Positions 9,771 through 20,379 of a stretch of DNA of 64,000 nucleotides are shown in pieces (position 1 is the stretch's first letter; each line of letters opens with the position of its first letter). The notes beneath the pieces are model-generated. The model was not told the origin of the DNA and did not search any database. It was given only the letters and a program-made list of their open reading frames with translations. Made by a program: the position numbers and the translations under genes. Origin of the DNA: Eukaryota sp. TZLM1-RC (lineage: Eukaryota > Protista > Metamonada: BaSk clade); assembly GCA_040285825.1 (NCBI GenBank), contig JAUPSS010000003.1:2852001-2916000 (forward strand), given 5' to 3'.

Positions 9771-12111
9771 CAGGGGAGTCCTCAAGCTCGAAAAAAGAAG
9801 TTAAGTGAGGGACATAAGAACCTAGTTTATGAAATGAGCGGAAAGCGTGGGAACAGTGAAAACCTCACAAATTCGGACTGACCTTCTTTTGGTCACCGAG
9901 ATTTGTCATGAAGCTTCTTTATTGCTTCAATCTTTTCTTCCAAATTTTCCGTTGGCATCTAGAGCTTTAGTGGAACAGGATGTATTGTGTCTTTTTATGA
10001 CCGTCATCGCCACTGGTTCTACTCCAAAGCCTTCCACATCTAAAGGCCAACGCCAATTACTCCATATCTTTTACAGTGGATTTCTTCCAGAATGCCCACG
10101 AGACAGGTCTCTTGTTTCTTTGTGGGAAAATTCTTTAGTGCCTTACAGAAATTCATTCAATATTTTTCTCAATGCTTGGCTGCAATCTCAGAATTGTAAT
10201 TTTATCAATAGAAAAGGGCTTTCTCCTTACCTTGCTTGTCGGGCTCGTCAATTGGCGTCTAACGTGAAAACAAGTTTACCTAAAGTTTGTCAATCCTGGA
10301 CAAAAAACATTATTCGTGCTCATTGTAGAGCTCTAGATAAAACAAATATCTTTGCCAATAATATTCTCTGACTTTTGCCAGATGAACCATTAACCCAACC
10401 CGAGGAAGTAGTTGTTGATTTTGTTCTTGTACACTACATCAATTTCAATCTGAATAAATCAAGAGAAAGATTCTCTTTATTAAATGCATGTAAGTTTATC
10501 TTGAATCTTCTTCAAAGATTTCCTGCCACTGCTTCTCTACTGTGCTCATACGATAAAATCACCTTTTCATCAAATAAAATTGGTGATCTTTTTCTCTTTA
10601 ATTTTAACAATACTTACTCACTTTCTTTTCTCCTATGCATTGCTGGAAGACATTTAGAATAATACCTTTAGCTTCTCATAAAGGTTCTCAATTTCATGGG
10701 GTACCTTCACATGTTTTCCACTCTGTGAAACAATTTCCACTTATTGAAGAATTATCTTCCAAAACAAAATTCATCAAAAATACTTGTCTGAAACGAATAT
10801 TCAAACAATGCCCTTACCAAAAATTTAATATCAACACAAAAATTTTGGACCAAATGTTTTCCTCAATCAATTCAAGAAATTCCAAACCGATCTCTTTTTA
10901 ATTTACAGTTTTGCTGTAAAAAGCTTCAACAAAAATTGTCAAAGATTTTTGAAAAATAGATTTTAAAAATTTTTATTGAAAACTAATGGTAATGAACTGT
11001 TTTTGCCCTTTGAAGGTAAAAATAATGACTCAGAAAACACAGATGAGCTGGATGAACCACCGAAAAAGAAAAGAAGATTAAAAAAAGAAATGAAAAGTGA
11101 CCGCGATGCTAACAAAACCAGAGAAATACAGTCGAAGGGTACTATCAAAATCCCCGTCGAAGACGTAGACATCCAGTCGAAATTTTGCCTGAAATGCCCC
11201 TTATTGGCGTGGATCTGGGACAATCAAGATTATGTGGTTACTTCTTAGATGATAATCAATGTAGAGTTATCCCTTGTCCAACTTTCAGGAGATACATGAC
11301 AAAACCTTCACCCAGTAAACACTCTCCCAACTAATATTCCGTTCAAAATTTCAACCAATATTTGAACCATTGGAATTTGGTCAGGAGGTAAGTGTATTTG
11401 GAAAGTAATCGCCAGAAATGGAAAATAATTAAATTTGATAACCGCAGACGAAAAGAGAGACAGTTCAGAGAGACTCTCAAGAAATTTCAAAGACTGGCCG
11501 GACATCCTGAAAAACTCTACCTTGCTGTGGGTTCTGCTAATTTCCCTTCTCATTGCCGAAAAGTCAATCGATATGGATCAGCAAGGGCTTTCAGAAAATG
11601 GTTGTGTTATCAAAAGGACGTGAAGCACTTGTCAACCAGTGAATTTAATACAAGCAAAATGTCAAGTTGTTGCATGGCCGAGAATATTCAAGCAGGCTCA
11701 TGGCAGATGCGTATTTGTACTGAGTGTAAAATAGTATATGACAGAGATATTTCCGCTGCAAAAAAAATTCAAATTAAGAAGAAAGCGGAATTGTGGCTGG
11801 AAAGATACATTTGCCCAGATGCTCTGTTGAGAAGATGAATGGGGAACCTGAGCATACAGAAACAAAAACTTTTGAGACCGACCTACAAATGCCTTAGTAG
11901 CATTTGGTAGATCCACTTAGATACATGAAGTCACGAGGCCTTGTTCTGTGAAAGCAGTAGGTGTATTTAAGTGAGGTAGCCCATTGATGAAGATCATGAT
12001 TGACTTTGTCAAATGACGCTACATGTCTCTTACAGCCTGTGAGTAGACATTGAGAAAGTTGAAAACAGGAGTGAATTTCACAAGGGAATGCATGATATGT
12101 GAAATTCACAG
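9771..12111 (+). mobile_element. Fanzor1 element family A, copy A1 (pseudogenised), flanked by TA at both ends
   Basis: RuvC-I IGVDLG, LAVGSANF, RuvC-II SEFNTSK, CC..CTEC, RuvC-III DRDISAA. Homology to copy A2 starts at TA|CAGGGG and ends at ACAG|TA. Confidence 0.85.
11839..12111 (+). ncRNA. Candidate Fanzor omegaRNA scaffold, family A (second copy at about 22862-23159)
   Basis: Non-coding and shared by both copies. Stems: CAAATGC/GCATTTG; CACTTAGATACA (11914-25)/TGTATTTAAGTG (11962-73); CTGT-GAAA-GCAG; ATGTCT/AGACAT. Confidence 0.6.
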
Positions 12112-12139
12112 TAGTTTCATTTTTTAGTCCCTCACAAAA

Positions 12140-13468
12140 ATGACAACCGACCAAATTGAGTTTACAGACATTAGCCATGACAGTGGTATTACTGAGGTAG
12201 ATTCTCTCTGCATGTCCTGTCAAGAAGAAGGGGTTACCCGCATTCTCTTAACAAAAATACCGTTCTTCCGGGAGATTATAGTCATGTCTTTCTCATGTCC
12301 TCACTGTGGTTTCCGCAGTACAGATGTCCAACATGGAGGTGAAATTGCCCCCAAGGGCAGTCGTTTCCAGCTCAAGGTTACTGATGCTGATGATGCAAAT
12401 CGTACCATAGTAAAGTCAGCATTTGCCTCTATTAAAATCCCAGAGCTCGACATTGAGATTCCACCAACCACACAGAAAGGAAGTCTCACAACTGCTGAAG
12501 GAATTGTCTCGAGGATTCTTGAAGACCTCAAGCGTGACCTTCCTCTTAGACGCTCCGTTGATCCTGACCAAGCCACCCAAATTGAAGCTTTTCTCCCGCG
12601 AATTGAAAATCTTTTAATGAACTACAATTACACCCTCATCCTAGATGATATTAGTGGAACATCATTCATCCAGTGGTCGTCGCCCAACCAAACTGATGAA
12701 CGCCTCACTGTGAACCATTATGAGCGAACCAAAGAACAGACTTCCGCTCTTGGTCTTGTTCCTGAAGAACTTAAGGTGGAAGAGACCCATGGAAAGGCTG
12801 TTGGTGATTATAAAGCAATCATAAGGGACGCTCACATTGCAGAAAGATTTAAAGATAGAATCAAAGACCCCAAGGAGGTTTATGTCTTGCCTGTTTCTTG
12901 TTATCTTTGTCAGAGCCCAGGTGAGCTGAAGTGTTGTGAGTGTGAAATTCCTTATTTTAAAACAATAGTTTTGATGGCTTTCACCTGTGAGAATTGTGGG
13001 TATAAGAACACTGAAGTTAAGGCAACTGGGGAGGTTGAAGATAAAGGAAGGCGACACGTGTTGAGGGTCATGAATGAGGTTGACTTGAAACGTGACTTTC
13101 TCAAGTCTGATTATGCTTCTGTGGACATTCCAGAGATTGATCTTCATGTTACCCCTGGTACTCTTGGAGGTTTCTTCACTACAATCGAAGGTCTTGTTAT
13201 CAAATGTAAAGAACAATTAGAAGCTTCAAATGCTTTTTATATTGGGGACTCTTCTACTGTAGAAGATCAGATTAAGTTTAAGACTTTTATTTCTTCAATG
13301 GAGAATCTACTTAATTTGGAGAAACCTTTTACTATAATATTGGATGACCCTGTTGGAAATTCCTATATTCAAGCTACAGATGATGATGTTTCAAAAGATG
13401 AAGGTCTTTCAGTTGAAGAGTATGAAAGAACCGCGTCACAAAATGAAGAACTTGGAATTCAAAAGTAG
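12140..13468 (+). CDS. ZPR1: Zinc finger protein ZPR1
   Basis: Two C4 zinc finger plus A/B domain modules: CMSC..IPFFREII.MSF.CPHCG and CYLC..IPYFK..CENCGYK; GGFFTTIEG; DDPVGNSYIQ. Confidence 0.95.
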   Translation: MTTDQIEFTDISHDSGITEVDSLCMSCQEEGVTRILLTKIPFFREIIVMSFSCPHCGFRSTDVQHGGEIAPKGSRFQLKVTDADDANRTIVKSAFASIKIPELDIEIPPTTQKGSLTTAEGIVSRILEDLKRDLPLRRSVDPDQATQIEAFLPRIENLLMNYNYTLILDDISGTSFIQWSSPNQTDERLTVNHYERTKEQTSALGLVPEELKVEETHGKAVGDYKAIIRDAHIAERFKDRIKDPKEVYVLPVSCYLCQSPGELKCCECEIPYFKTIVLMAFTCENCGYKNTEVKATGEVEDKGRRHVLRVMNEVDLKRDFLKSDYASVDIPEIDLHVTPGTLGGFFTTIEGLVIKCKEQLEASNAFYIGDSSTVEDQIKFKTFISSMENLLNLEKPFTIILDDPVGNSYIQATDDDVSKDEGLSVEEYERTASQNEELGIQK

Positions 13469-13665
13469 TCAGCTTTTTCAGTCATTTAATAAAATAGTTT
13501 TTACTTTTTTTTAAATAGTTTTTACTTTGTTTGTTACTAACTATTTACAAAAGTTTAAAAGATTGTTGTCATCGTAATCTGTTTACTATTCTGCTAAAAA
13601 TTCTTTGTATTGCAGGTCATGTAACTTTGCCTTACTAACTGTGAATAAGTGTAACAAAAAGGTAA

Positions 13666-13826
13666 GTCAATGCTGTTCTTAATATGATTCATGTTGTAGA
13701 TCAGTCTCTTTAAGGAAATGAAAGTCCTCAAGTTTTGACATGATTTTGATTCATTTCATCTTCATATTCCAGTAATCTCAACTGGTTACTACTATTTGAC
13801 AATTATCTGCTAGTAGCCGATGTCTA
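13666..13826 (+). mobile_element. Fanzor family D 3'-end remnant, copy D2, overlapping the CDKAL1 start codon
   Basis: Aligns with 17868-18015. Encodes VNAVLNMIHVVD..GNE.PQVL, carries an AGTAATC/GGTTACT hairpin and ends in gccgATGTC. Confidence 0.75.
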
Positions 13827-15262
13827 GTTGTAATGATCTGGAGGATTGTTTAGATCAGATCACACTTTCTGTCCAGAATGACTCTACCTTATCATTTGAC
13901 ATTCCTCCTCAATACTACAATAAAACTATCGCAGTTCTTACATATGGTTGTGCCCATAATCAGGCAGACTCTGAACTCATCATGGGCGTCCTATCAGCGG
14001 CTGGCTTCAACGTTCTCGACATCAACCCTAAAACCAATTACTCTGATGCCTTTGCTGCTGACTGTGTGGTTGTGAATGGGTGTGTTGTGGTCGATGTTTC
14101 CGAAAACTCTTTCTTCCGTGCTGTCAGAGAAGCCAAAGAAAGACACCAACCTGTTGTGGTTGCGGGCTGTGTAGCTCAGACTAACCACAAAGACCCCCGT
14201 CTTTCACATACCTGCAACATTGGGACAGATGGACAGGTTGAAGTGGCGAATGCTGTGGTTGCTGCCATGGAAGGTAGGGAGTTCAAAGTTACAAAAAGAA
14301 GGAGCAAGAAGTCTGTATTGGAAGCCCTAGATACCTGTGGAAATCCCTTGTCCCTACCCAGCAGGCGAAGGAATCCGTTTATAGAGATTTTACCTATTTG
14401 TCAGGGTTGTTTGTCTCACTGCACTTACTGTAAAACCCGACTGGCACGAGGGGGTTTAGTTTCCTTTCCGAAAAAGTCAATCATATCACGTGTTGTTGAC
14501 GCTTGCTTACGTGGCGCTGTCGAGATTTATTTAACAGGAGAAGATACTTTTTGTTATGGCAAAGATTTTGATTTTGAATACGATATTGTTGATTTGCTTT
14601 TGGAATTATTAGATTCGATCAAGAATTTTAATTGTAGAATAAGAATTGGCCATTCTAATCCTCAGCACGTTTTACCATTAATTTCAAAAATTAAATCAAC
14701 TGGGCTGTTCAAACATCCGAACCTTTTCAGATTCTTACATTTACCACTTCAATCAGGAAGTCAATCAGTTCTGATAGATATGAAACGTGATCATGACGTG
14801 ACAATGTGGAAAGATGCAGCACTGGCACTTACAGAAGAAGGAGTTTCAATCACCACTGATATCATTGTAGGATATCCCACTGAGACGAGAAGAGATCACC
14901 TTGACACTCTGTCAGTTCTAGATTCAATCAAACCAACAATGACTAATCTAACCCAGTTCTTCCCAAGACCAGGGACTCCAGCTGCAAAGCTAAAAAGAGT
15001 GCCGGCTGATGAAGTCAAGAGGAGGTCAAAAGAAATTCATAATTGGTTGACTTTGCTTGACCCTTTCAGTAAGTATTTAAATACTTGTATTAGTTGTTTC
15101 GTTTATGGTAAGGCTCACGATGGAGTCAAAACTGCCTGTCATTCTATTGAGTTTATTCAAGTTTTAGTGGAAGGTAATTATGAACCTGGTCAAAAACTGA
15201 TTGTTCTTATTACTGATTGTAGTAGGTGGCATTTGAAGGGCAGGGTTGTGGAAAATTCGTAG
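13820..15262 (+). CDS. CDKAL1: tRNA t6A methylthiotransferase (CDKAL1 / e-MtaB type)
   Basis: N-terminal DLED, TYGCAHNQADSE, radical-SAM CLSHCTYCKTRLARG, HLPLQSGS, TDIIVGYPTE, FFPRPGTPAA, TRAM-like C-terminus. Confidence 0.9.
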   Translation: MSSCNDLEDCLDQITLSVQNDSTLSFDIPPQYYNKTIAVLTYGCAHNQADSELIMGVLSAAGFNVLDINPKTNYSDAFAADCVVVNGCVVVDVSENSFFRAVREAKERHQPVVVAGCVAQTNHKDPRLSHTCNIGTDGQVEVANAVVAAMEGREFKVTKRRSKKSVLEALDTCGNPLSLPSRRRNPFIEILPICQGCLSHCTYCKTRLARGGLVSFPKKSIISRVVDACLRGAVEIYLTGEDTFCYGKDFDFEYDIVDLLLELLDSIKNFNCRIRIGHSNPQHVLPLISKIKSTGLFKHPNLFRFLHLPLQSGSQSVLIDMKRDHDVTMWKDAALALTEEGVSITTDIIVGYPTETRRDHLDTLSVLDSIKPTMTNLTQFFPRPGTPAAKLKRVPADEVKRRSKEIHNWLTLLDPFSKYLNTCISCFVYGKAHDGVKTACHSIEFIQVLVEGNYEPGQKLIVLITDCSRWHLKGRVVENS

Positions 15263-15303
15263 TTTTAATATTTAGTTTTTTTTAGAAATAATTTTATTTA
15301 AAT

Positions 15304-16392
15304 TTAAAAACAGTCGTTACATCTAAAAAGACCATGATTACATATTCTATTTACACTTAATATAGGACTAAAATTATTTGAAAAAGTCTTTGTATTTCCA
15401 GTAATTTTGACCTCCTTTATTGACCTGGGGATGGACTCGACAAGGATTCCTCTACAATCAAGTTCAATCTCTCTTAGAGTGACTGAAATTTTCGAAAAAA
15501 GATCAGCTCGGGCTTTGGTAACATCATTAAATATTGAATCTAAACATCCTTTTAGTTTGATTAAACAAGCAAATTCTGGAAGAATTTGGTTGGGATTAAT
15601 TTCCACACCATTTAATTCTCTTAATTTTGGCAACTTAGAAACAACATCAAACAAAGGCGAATTGCTTGACATTTCACAGTTCAAAACTCTTAATTTTGAA
15701 AATTTCAACAAAACTTGAGACTGACGAATAGAGCTCACTGTCAGCTCTTGATGACTATGCAACAACGTGTCAGGATCGACAGTTGAGCACCACCTAGAGA
15801 ATGAACCATATTCTATGGAAAGCTCCTTCAACGGCTGGTTGGCAAGAGAGTCAAGTAGAGCAGGAATTGCAGAAGATGGAGCGTGGTAGAGGACTACGGA
15901 GGAGAGAACAGAGGGTTGGGAAGAGAGAAATGAAGAAAGGTCGACATAGGGGAAGCAAAAGGAGAAATCTAAAAGAAGTGACTTGTTGGTGTTTGTGAAG
16001 GTCGAAAAGAGATCAGTTTGAAAATTTGAAACCTTGACATCTCTGCAATGACCTGACCATTGGCACGACAACTCAATGAAAGAATTTTCAAAGGATAGAG
16101 AAAGGGAAGGAAAAAAAGCAAAGAGCCTGGGCTCTACCTCATTCTTGAACGACTGGGTAAGAAGCTTGTAATGGGAGGAGGGAAAAGAGAGGTGTTGTAG
16201 ACCAGAAGCCATGTAGAGAAGGGGTGGAAGGTTGGGAGTGACTAGAGAAGAGGTGATGGAAAGATCTGTTAGGGTTGGCATGGTGGAATGAAGAGCAGAG
16301 AGGAACGGTGAAGAGACGGACTGGAGCTTAACTAATGTGTTGAGGCTGCATTGGCGAAGGAACAGAGGATAAAGAGTGCGTGGGAGAAACAT
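15304..16392 (-). CDS. Hypothetical Leu/Ser-rich protein, possibly LRR-like
   Basis: Long open frame with LxxLxL-type motifs (LTDLSI, LQHLSF, LKELSI, LRVLN, LRELN). First ATG at 16392. Confidence 0.55.
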   Translation of the reverse strand: MFLPRTLYPLFLRQCSLNTLVKLQSVSSPFLSALHSTMPTLTDLSITSSLVTPNLPPLLYMASGLQHLSFPSSHYKLLTQSFKNEVEPRLFAFFPSLSLSFENSFIELSCQWSGHCRDVKVSNFQTDLFSTFTNTNKSLLLDFSFCFPYVDLSSFLSSQPSVLSSVVLYHAPSSAIPALLDSLANQPLKELSIEYGSFSRWCSTVDPDTLLHSHQELTVSSIRQSQVLLKFSKLRVLNCEMSSNSPLFDVVSKLPKLRELNGVEINPNQILPEFACLIKLKGCLDSIFNDVTKARADLFSKISVTLREIELDCRGILVESIPRSIKEVKITGNTKTFSNNFSPILSVNRICNHGLFRCNDCF

Positions 16393-17699
16393 GTCAAAAG
16401 AAAAAGTGAAAGATGAAAACTCCAAGATATTTAAGGAAACTCAAAAGTACGAGGAGAGGATAACATGGTATATAACAAGCAGAGTGGTGGTCATAATGAG
16501 TGATCCAGATGAATTACCAACCATCAACAAAGAGATCATATAAACACAAGCATAATATCAGTGCCATGAATTTCCTGTAGAAGACGACAGTAATATCCAA
16601 AAGAGGGAGTGGCTGAAGATCGGGATGATCCTGGGAATCAAAACGAAACACGTGATTTTCATTCCCTCAAAAACACCAGATTGACGATAATACTTGCCTC
16701 CCTGGAATACGAACAGGGCCAATTATATCTTGATGTTTCTTCGTGCCCTAGTGAAATATGAATATCATCTTTGCTGCTGTTTGTTGCCCCGACTTCAATA
16801 GGCCATGATCAATATTGTTCCCAATTCAACAACATTCTAAGGTCGTAATGTATAAATGCAAAAAACTTTTGTTCTTGAATTGTAAAATAATAAGCACATT
16901 TCAAGATTTGACATATAAAACAATCGATATTTTCCTCAATCTTCTTCCCAGAATCAGAATTCAATTATTATGAGATACACTCTGCGAACACTTTATCATA
17001 ATAACCCGAAGCGAATCATTCCGAACATATAAACAGGACTGATGTTTTAGATTACGTTTGTCATTCATTGTTGTTGAAAAAAATGCATGTGAAAATAAGC
17101 CATCAGATTCAGCACTATGCGTAATTATTGTGCCAGGAGGGTGGGGCTATGTGCTTATAATGAATCATTTGTAACAAAAATGAGACTCTACTAAAATATT
17201 CCAATTAATCAACTTGAAAAGAAATCTATCTAATGGTCTTTGGCTAGCGTTAAGTGACATGCAGTAATTGTTATGTAGTTTATTACGCACAGCAATTGTC
17301 TTCTTCCTACTTGAACACAATCTAATTACCTCTGAACAAAAATGTAATACTAAAGCTATCAGATGCCATTCAAGAGTAACATATTCATAACTCACCTTGC
17401 CTTCCGCAGTCAACTTTTCAAGATTGAACTGGTTGTTCTTCCTTAAATGATGCTGTCAGAGACATATTTTCAATACTGCAAAAAATGCACAAATTTCGTG
17501 TGCAACCAGCCTTTGTTGTAGTAAAACACTGTCATTGAATAATTTTGTTATGTTGACAGACAGGATATTCAGTGGAACTTAATTGGTGCGATTGGAATTT
17601 TACAGGGCTGCAATCATATATACATTACAACATTGACAGTACAACATTGACAGTCAAAAAGTGTGCTTACAGAGACTTTTATTAAAAAAGTGTTGCGCG

Positions 17700-18015
17700 A
17701 AACGAACTTGTCGACGCCATGCATGTGTACTCGAGGGAAAAGAAGGCGAAAATGTAAAGAAACATCGAGTACCTAAACCAAGACCTAACAGGAGAGCAAA
17801 GACTCCAACGGTCCTTAGACATGGATAACTCACTTGCAAGAAGTGTGGATGTCTATGAAATCGTAATGTCAATGCTGTTCTTAATATGATTCATGTTGTT
17901 GATGAGTATATCAAAGGAAATGAAAGACCTCAAGTTTTGAAAAGATTTCTTCATATTCTAGTAATCTCAACGGGTTACTACTATTTGACATTTTTGTGCT
18001 GCTAGCCGATGTCCA
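17700..18015 (+). pseudogene. Fanzor1 family D C-terminal remnant plus 3' hairpins, copy D3
   Basis: RTCRRHAC..GENVK..RVPKPRP..RHG*LTCKKCGCL*NRNVNAVLNM..ERPQVLKR, a decayed form of HGLL.C..C..WNRD.NA..N..RP. Confidence 0.8.
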
Positions 18016-18022
18016 ACTTGAC

Positions 18023-18562
18023 ATGGATAACCTCTATATAACAAGGTCTCCAAACATAGGCAACAAGGATGATGAAGAAATACGACAGATTCTCAATGAT
18101 TTACCAGAACCCATCACTGAAGGTGACCGTTCTCTCTCTTCAGATTCTCTAGGTGAGGCTCCCTCAGGTGAGCTATCTGATCATAACAATACTAGTCTTA
18201 ATTATACACAAAGTCCCAACTGCGTTCCTTTTTCTAGGTTTTTAGAGCCATCTCATGACCGCTCTACGTCCTCTGCCCCTGCTGCTGTGACGTCTGCTAT
18301 AGCTAACCTTCTTTCTGATGAAGAAACCTCACCAGATGTAGAGATTTTTAAACTTCAGCAGCAAGTAGAAGCTCTGCAGACTGAAGTTGAACGCCTTTTG
18401 GTGGAAAATGCTCAACTTAGAGAAGAGAATAGTAAAAGAACCTCCACTGATGATTCTACTTCAAAAATTCAAATGCTCATCAACAGAAGTAAAGCTGAAA
18501 GAGTAAAAGAAAGACAACGGTATAGTAATTTAATCACTCAATTAGGACAATTAGAAAGTTGA
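18023..18562 (+). CDS. Hypothetical protein with a coiled coil
   Basis: Open frame MDNLYITRSP... with heptad LQQQVEALQTEVERLLVENAQLREEN. Confidence 0.6.
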   Translation: MDNLYITRSPNIGNKDDEEIRQILNDLPEPITEGDRSLSSDSLGEAPSGELSDHNNTSLNYTQSPNCVPFSRFLEPSHDRSTSSAPAAVTSAIANLLSDEETSPDVEIFKLQQQVEALQTEVERLLVENAQLREENSKRTSTDDSTSKIQMLINRSKAERVKERQRYSNLITQLGQLES

Positions 18563-20379
18563 ATTTGTGTCTAGAAAATACCACTGAAAATGGTATTGTG
18601 TTATAGTTTAATATTTCTTAAATGTTATTAAGTTTTTTGTGAGGTTTTGGATTTTGTAAACAATTATTATTATCATAATACAATTTCTGATGTAGATATT
18701 CCATGTTCAAAATTTGGTATACTGGAAGGATAGCCAATATTTTGAGATCTTTTTCTTTTTGCATAGTATTAGATTTTTGTCGATGCTTTAATTTATTCAA
18801 GACAGAATTCTTTTCTGGTGAACAAACCTGCAGATAAACTCTTGGAATTAGAAATTATTTCAATAAGCCTAGTATTGTACAAAAGAGCAAAGTAATTCTC
18901 ACACAAATAATCAGTATCTAAATTTGAAAGAAGAGTTTTACAATATAACAAAAAAGAGTGTAGTTGTAACTGGGTGCAAGATAATAAAGGCTCTATTATT
19001 GATAAATGCAACTGCGAGTGTGCTGAGTACTCATAAGAACTAGCAAAAGTATAAATACTTGCAAATCCCATTAAATTTTCTGCAAGTAGTGAATAAAGAC
19101 AAATTTTATATGAAAAAACAGATATTGAAAAAACAGAAATTTATCGTGCTCCTTCAAACCTCATTGCTGGAAAAGCCGTATTTTCATAAAAAAAAGATTT
19201 GCCCTACTGAAAATTCAAAATAAAAATAAAAATTTAACTCTATTAATAGTAATAAAAGTTCGAAATAAACAATTTCTTGGATATAAATATTACAGATCAC
19301 ACTTGACAAATTAAAAGTATAACTAATGGAACGAAATTTAATGAACCAAGATTGAACCAAGATTGAGATGTCTATTCGCCATGGGCTTACCATGTGTAAA
19401 TCATGCGAATGTTTGTGGAATAGAAATCGAAATGTTTCGTTAAATATGATGGCAATGATGAGAAGCACAGGTAAAAGGTGGAGACAGCCCGTAATACCGT
19501 AATAGAGAAAAGTTGGATTGTGAAGGAGCTGACGATGGAGAGGAATGGCCACATAGAAAGAGAGTGGTGGGGTTTAGGACGAGTCCAACAATTGTTTTAA
19601 GAGAACCAACTGTAGGTATAAGGTAAAAATGAATCAAAGATGAGTAGAAAAACCGGTAGAATGAGTACAGGGGGAGTCCTAAAGCTCGGAAAAGAAAATA
19701 AGCGAGGGAAGTAAGAACCTATTTTATGAAGTAAGGGGAAAGTGTGGGAATAGTGAAAACCTCCCAAAACCAAATTGAGGGTTAAAAACCTCCCAGAACA
19801 GGCAACAAGAAGTCGAAAATGGGGTGACAAGTGTAAAATTTGATAGATGAGCTCTTTATTCTCACTACATGACAGACACCCACTCTGTGTCACGTGTATT
19901 CACTCGGTGTTGTGCAATTAACTCGCTGATGACCCCTGCAGCTGTGCAACAAATTCGGACTGACCTTCCTGTGGTCACCGAGATTTGTCATGAAGCTTCC
20001 TTATTGATTCAATCTTTTCTTCTAAATTTTCCGTTGACATCTAGAGCTTTAGTGGAACAGGATGTATGGTATCTGTTTATGGCCGTCATCACCACTGGTT
20101 CTTTTCCAAAGCCTTCCACTTCTAAAGGCCAACGCCAATTACTCCATATCTTTTACAATGGATTTCTTCCAGAATGCCCACGAGACAGGTCTCTTGTTTC
20201 TTTGTGGGAAAATTCTTTAGTGCCTTACAGAAATTCATTCAATATTTTTCTCAATACTTGGCTACAATCTCAGAATTGTAATTTTATCAATAGAAAAGGG
20301 CTTTCTCCTTACCTTGCTTGTCGGGCTCGTCAATTGGCGTCCAACGTGAAAACAAGTTTACCTAAAGTTTGTCAATCCT

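Noticed and set aside
13666-18015. Simple local promoter duplication between CDKAL1 and the 18023 ORF
   Set aside because: The repeat translates as a Fanzor C-terminus, and a third copy occurs at 575-690 on the opposite strand.
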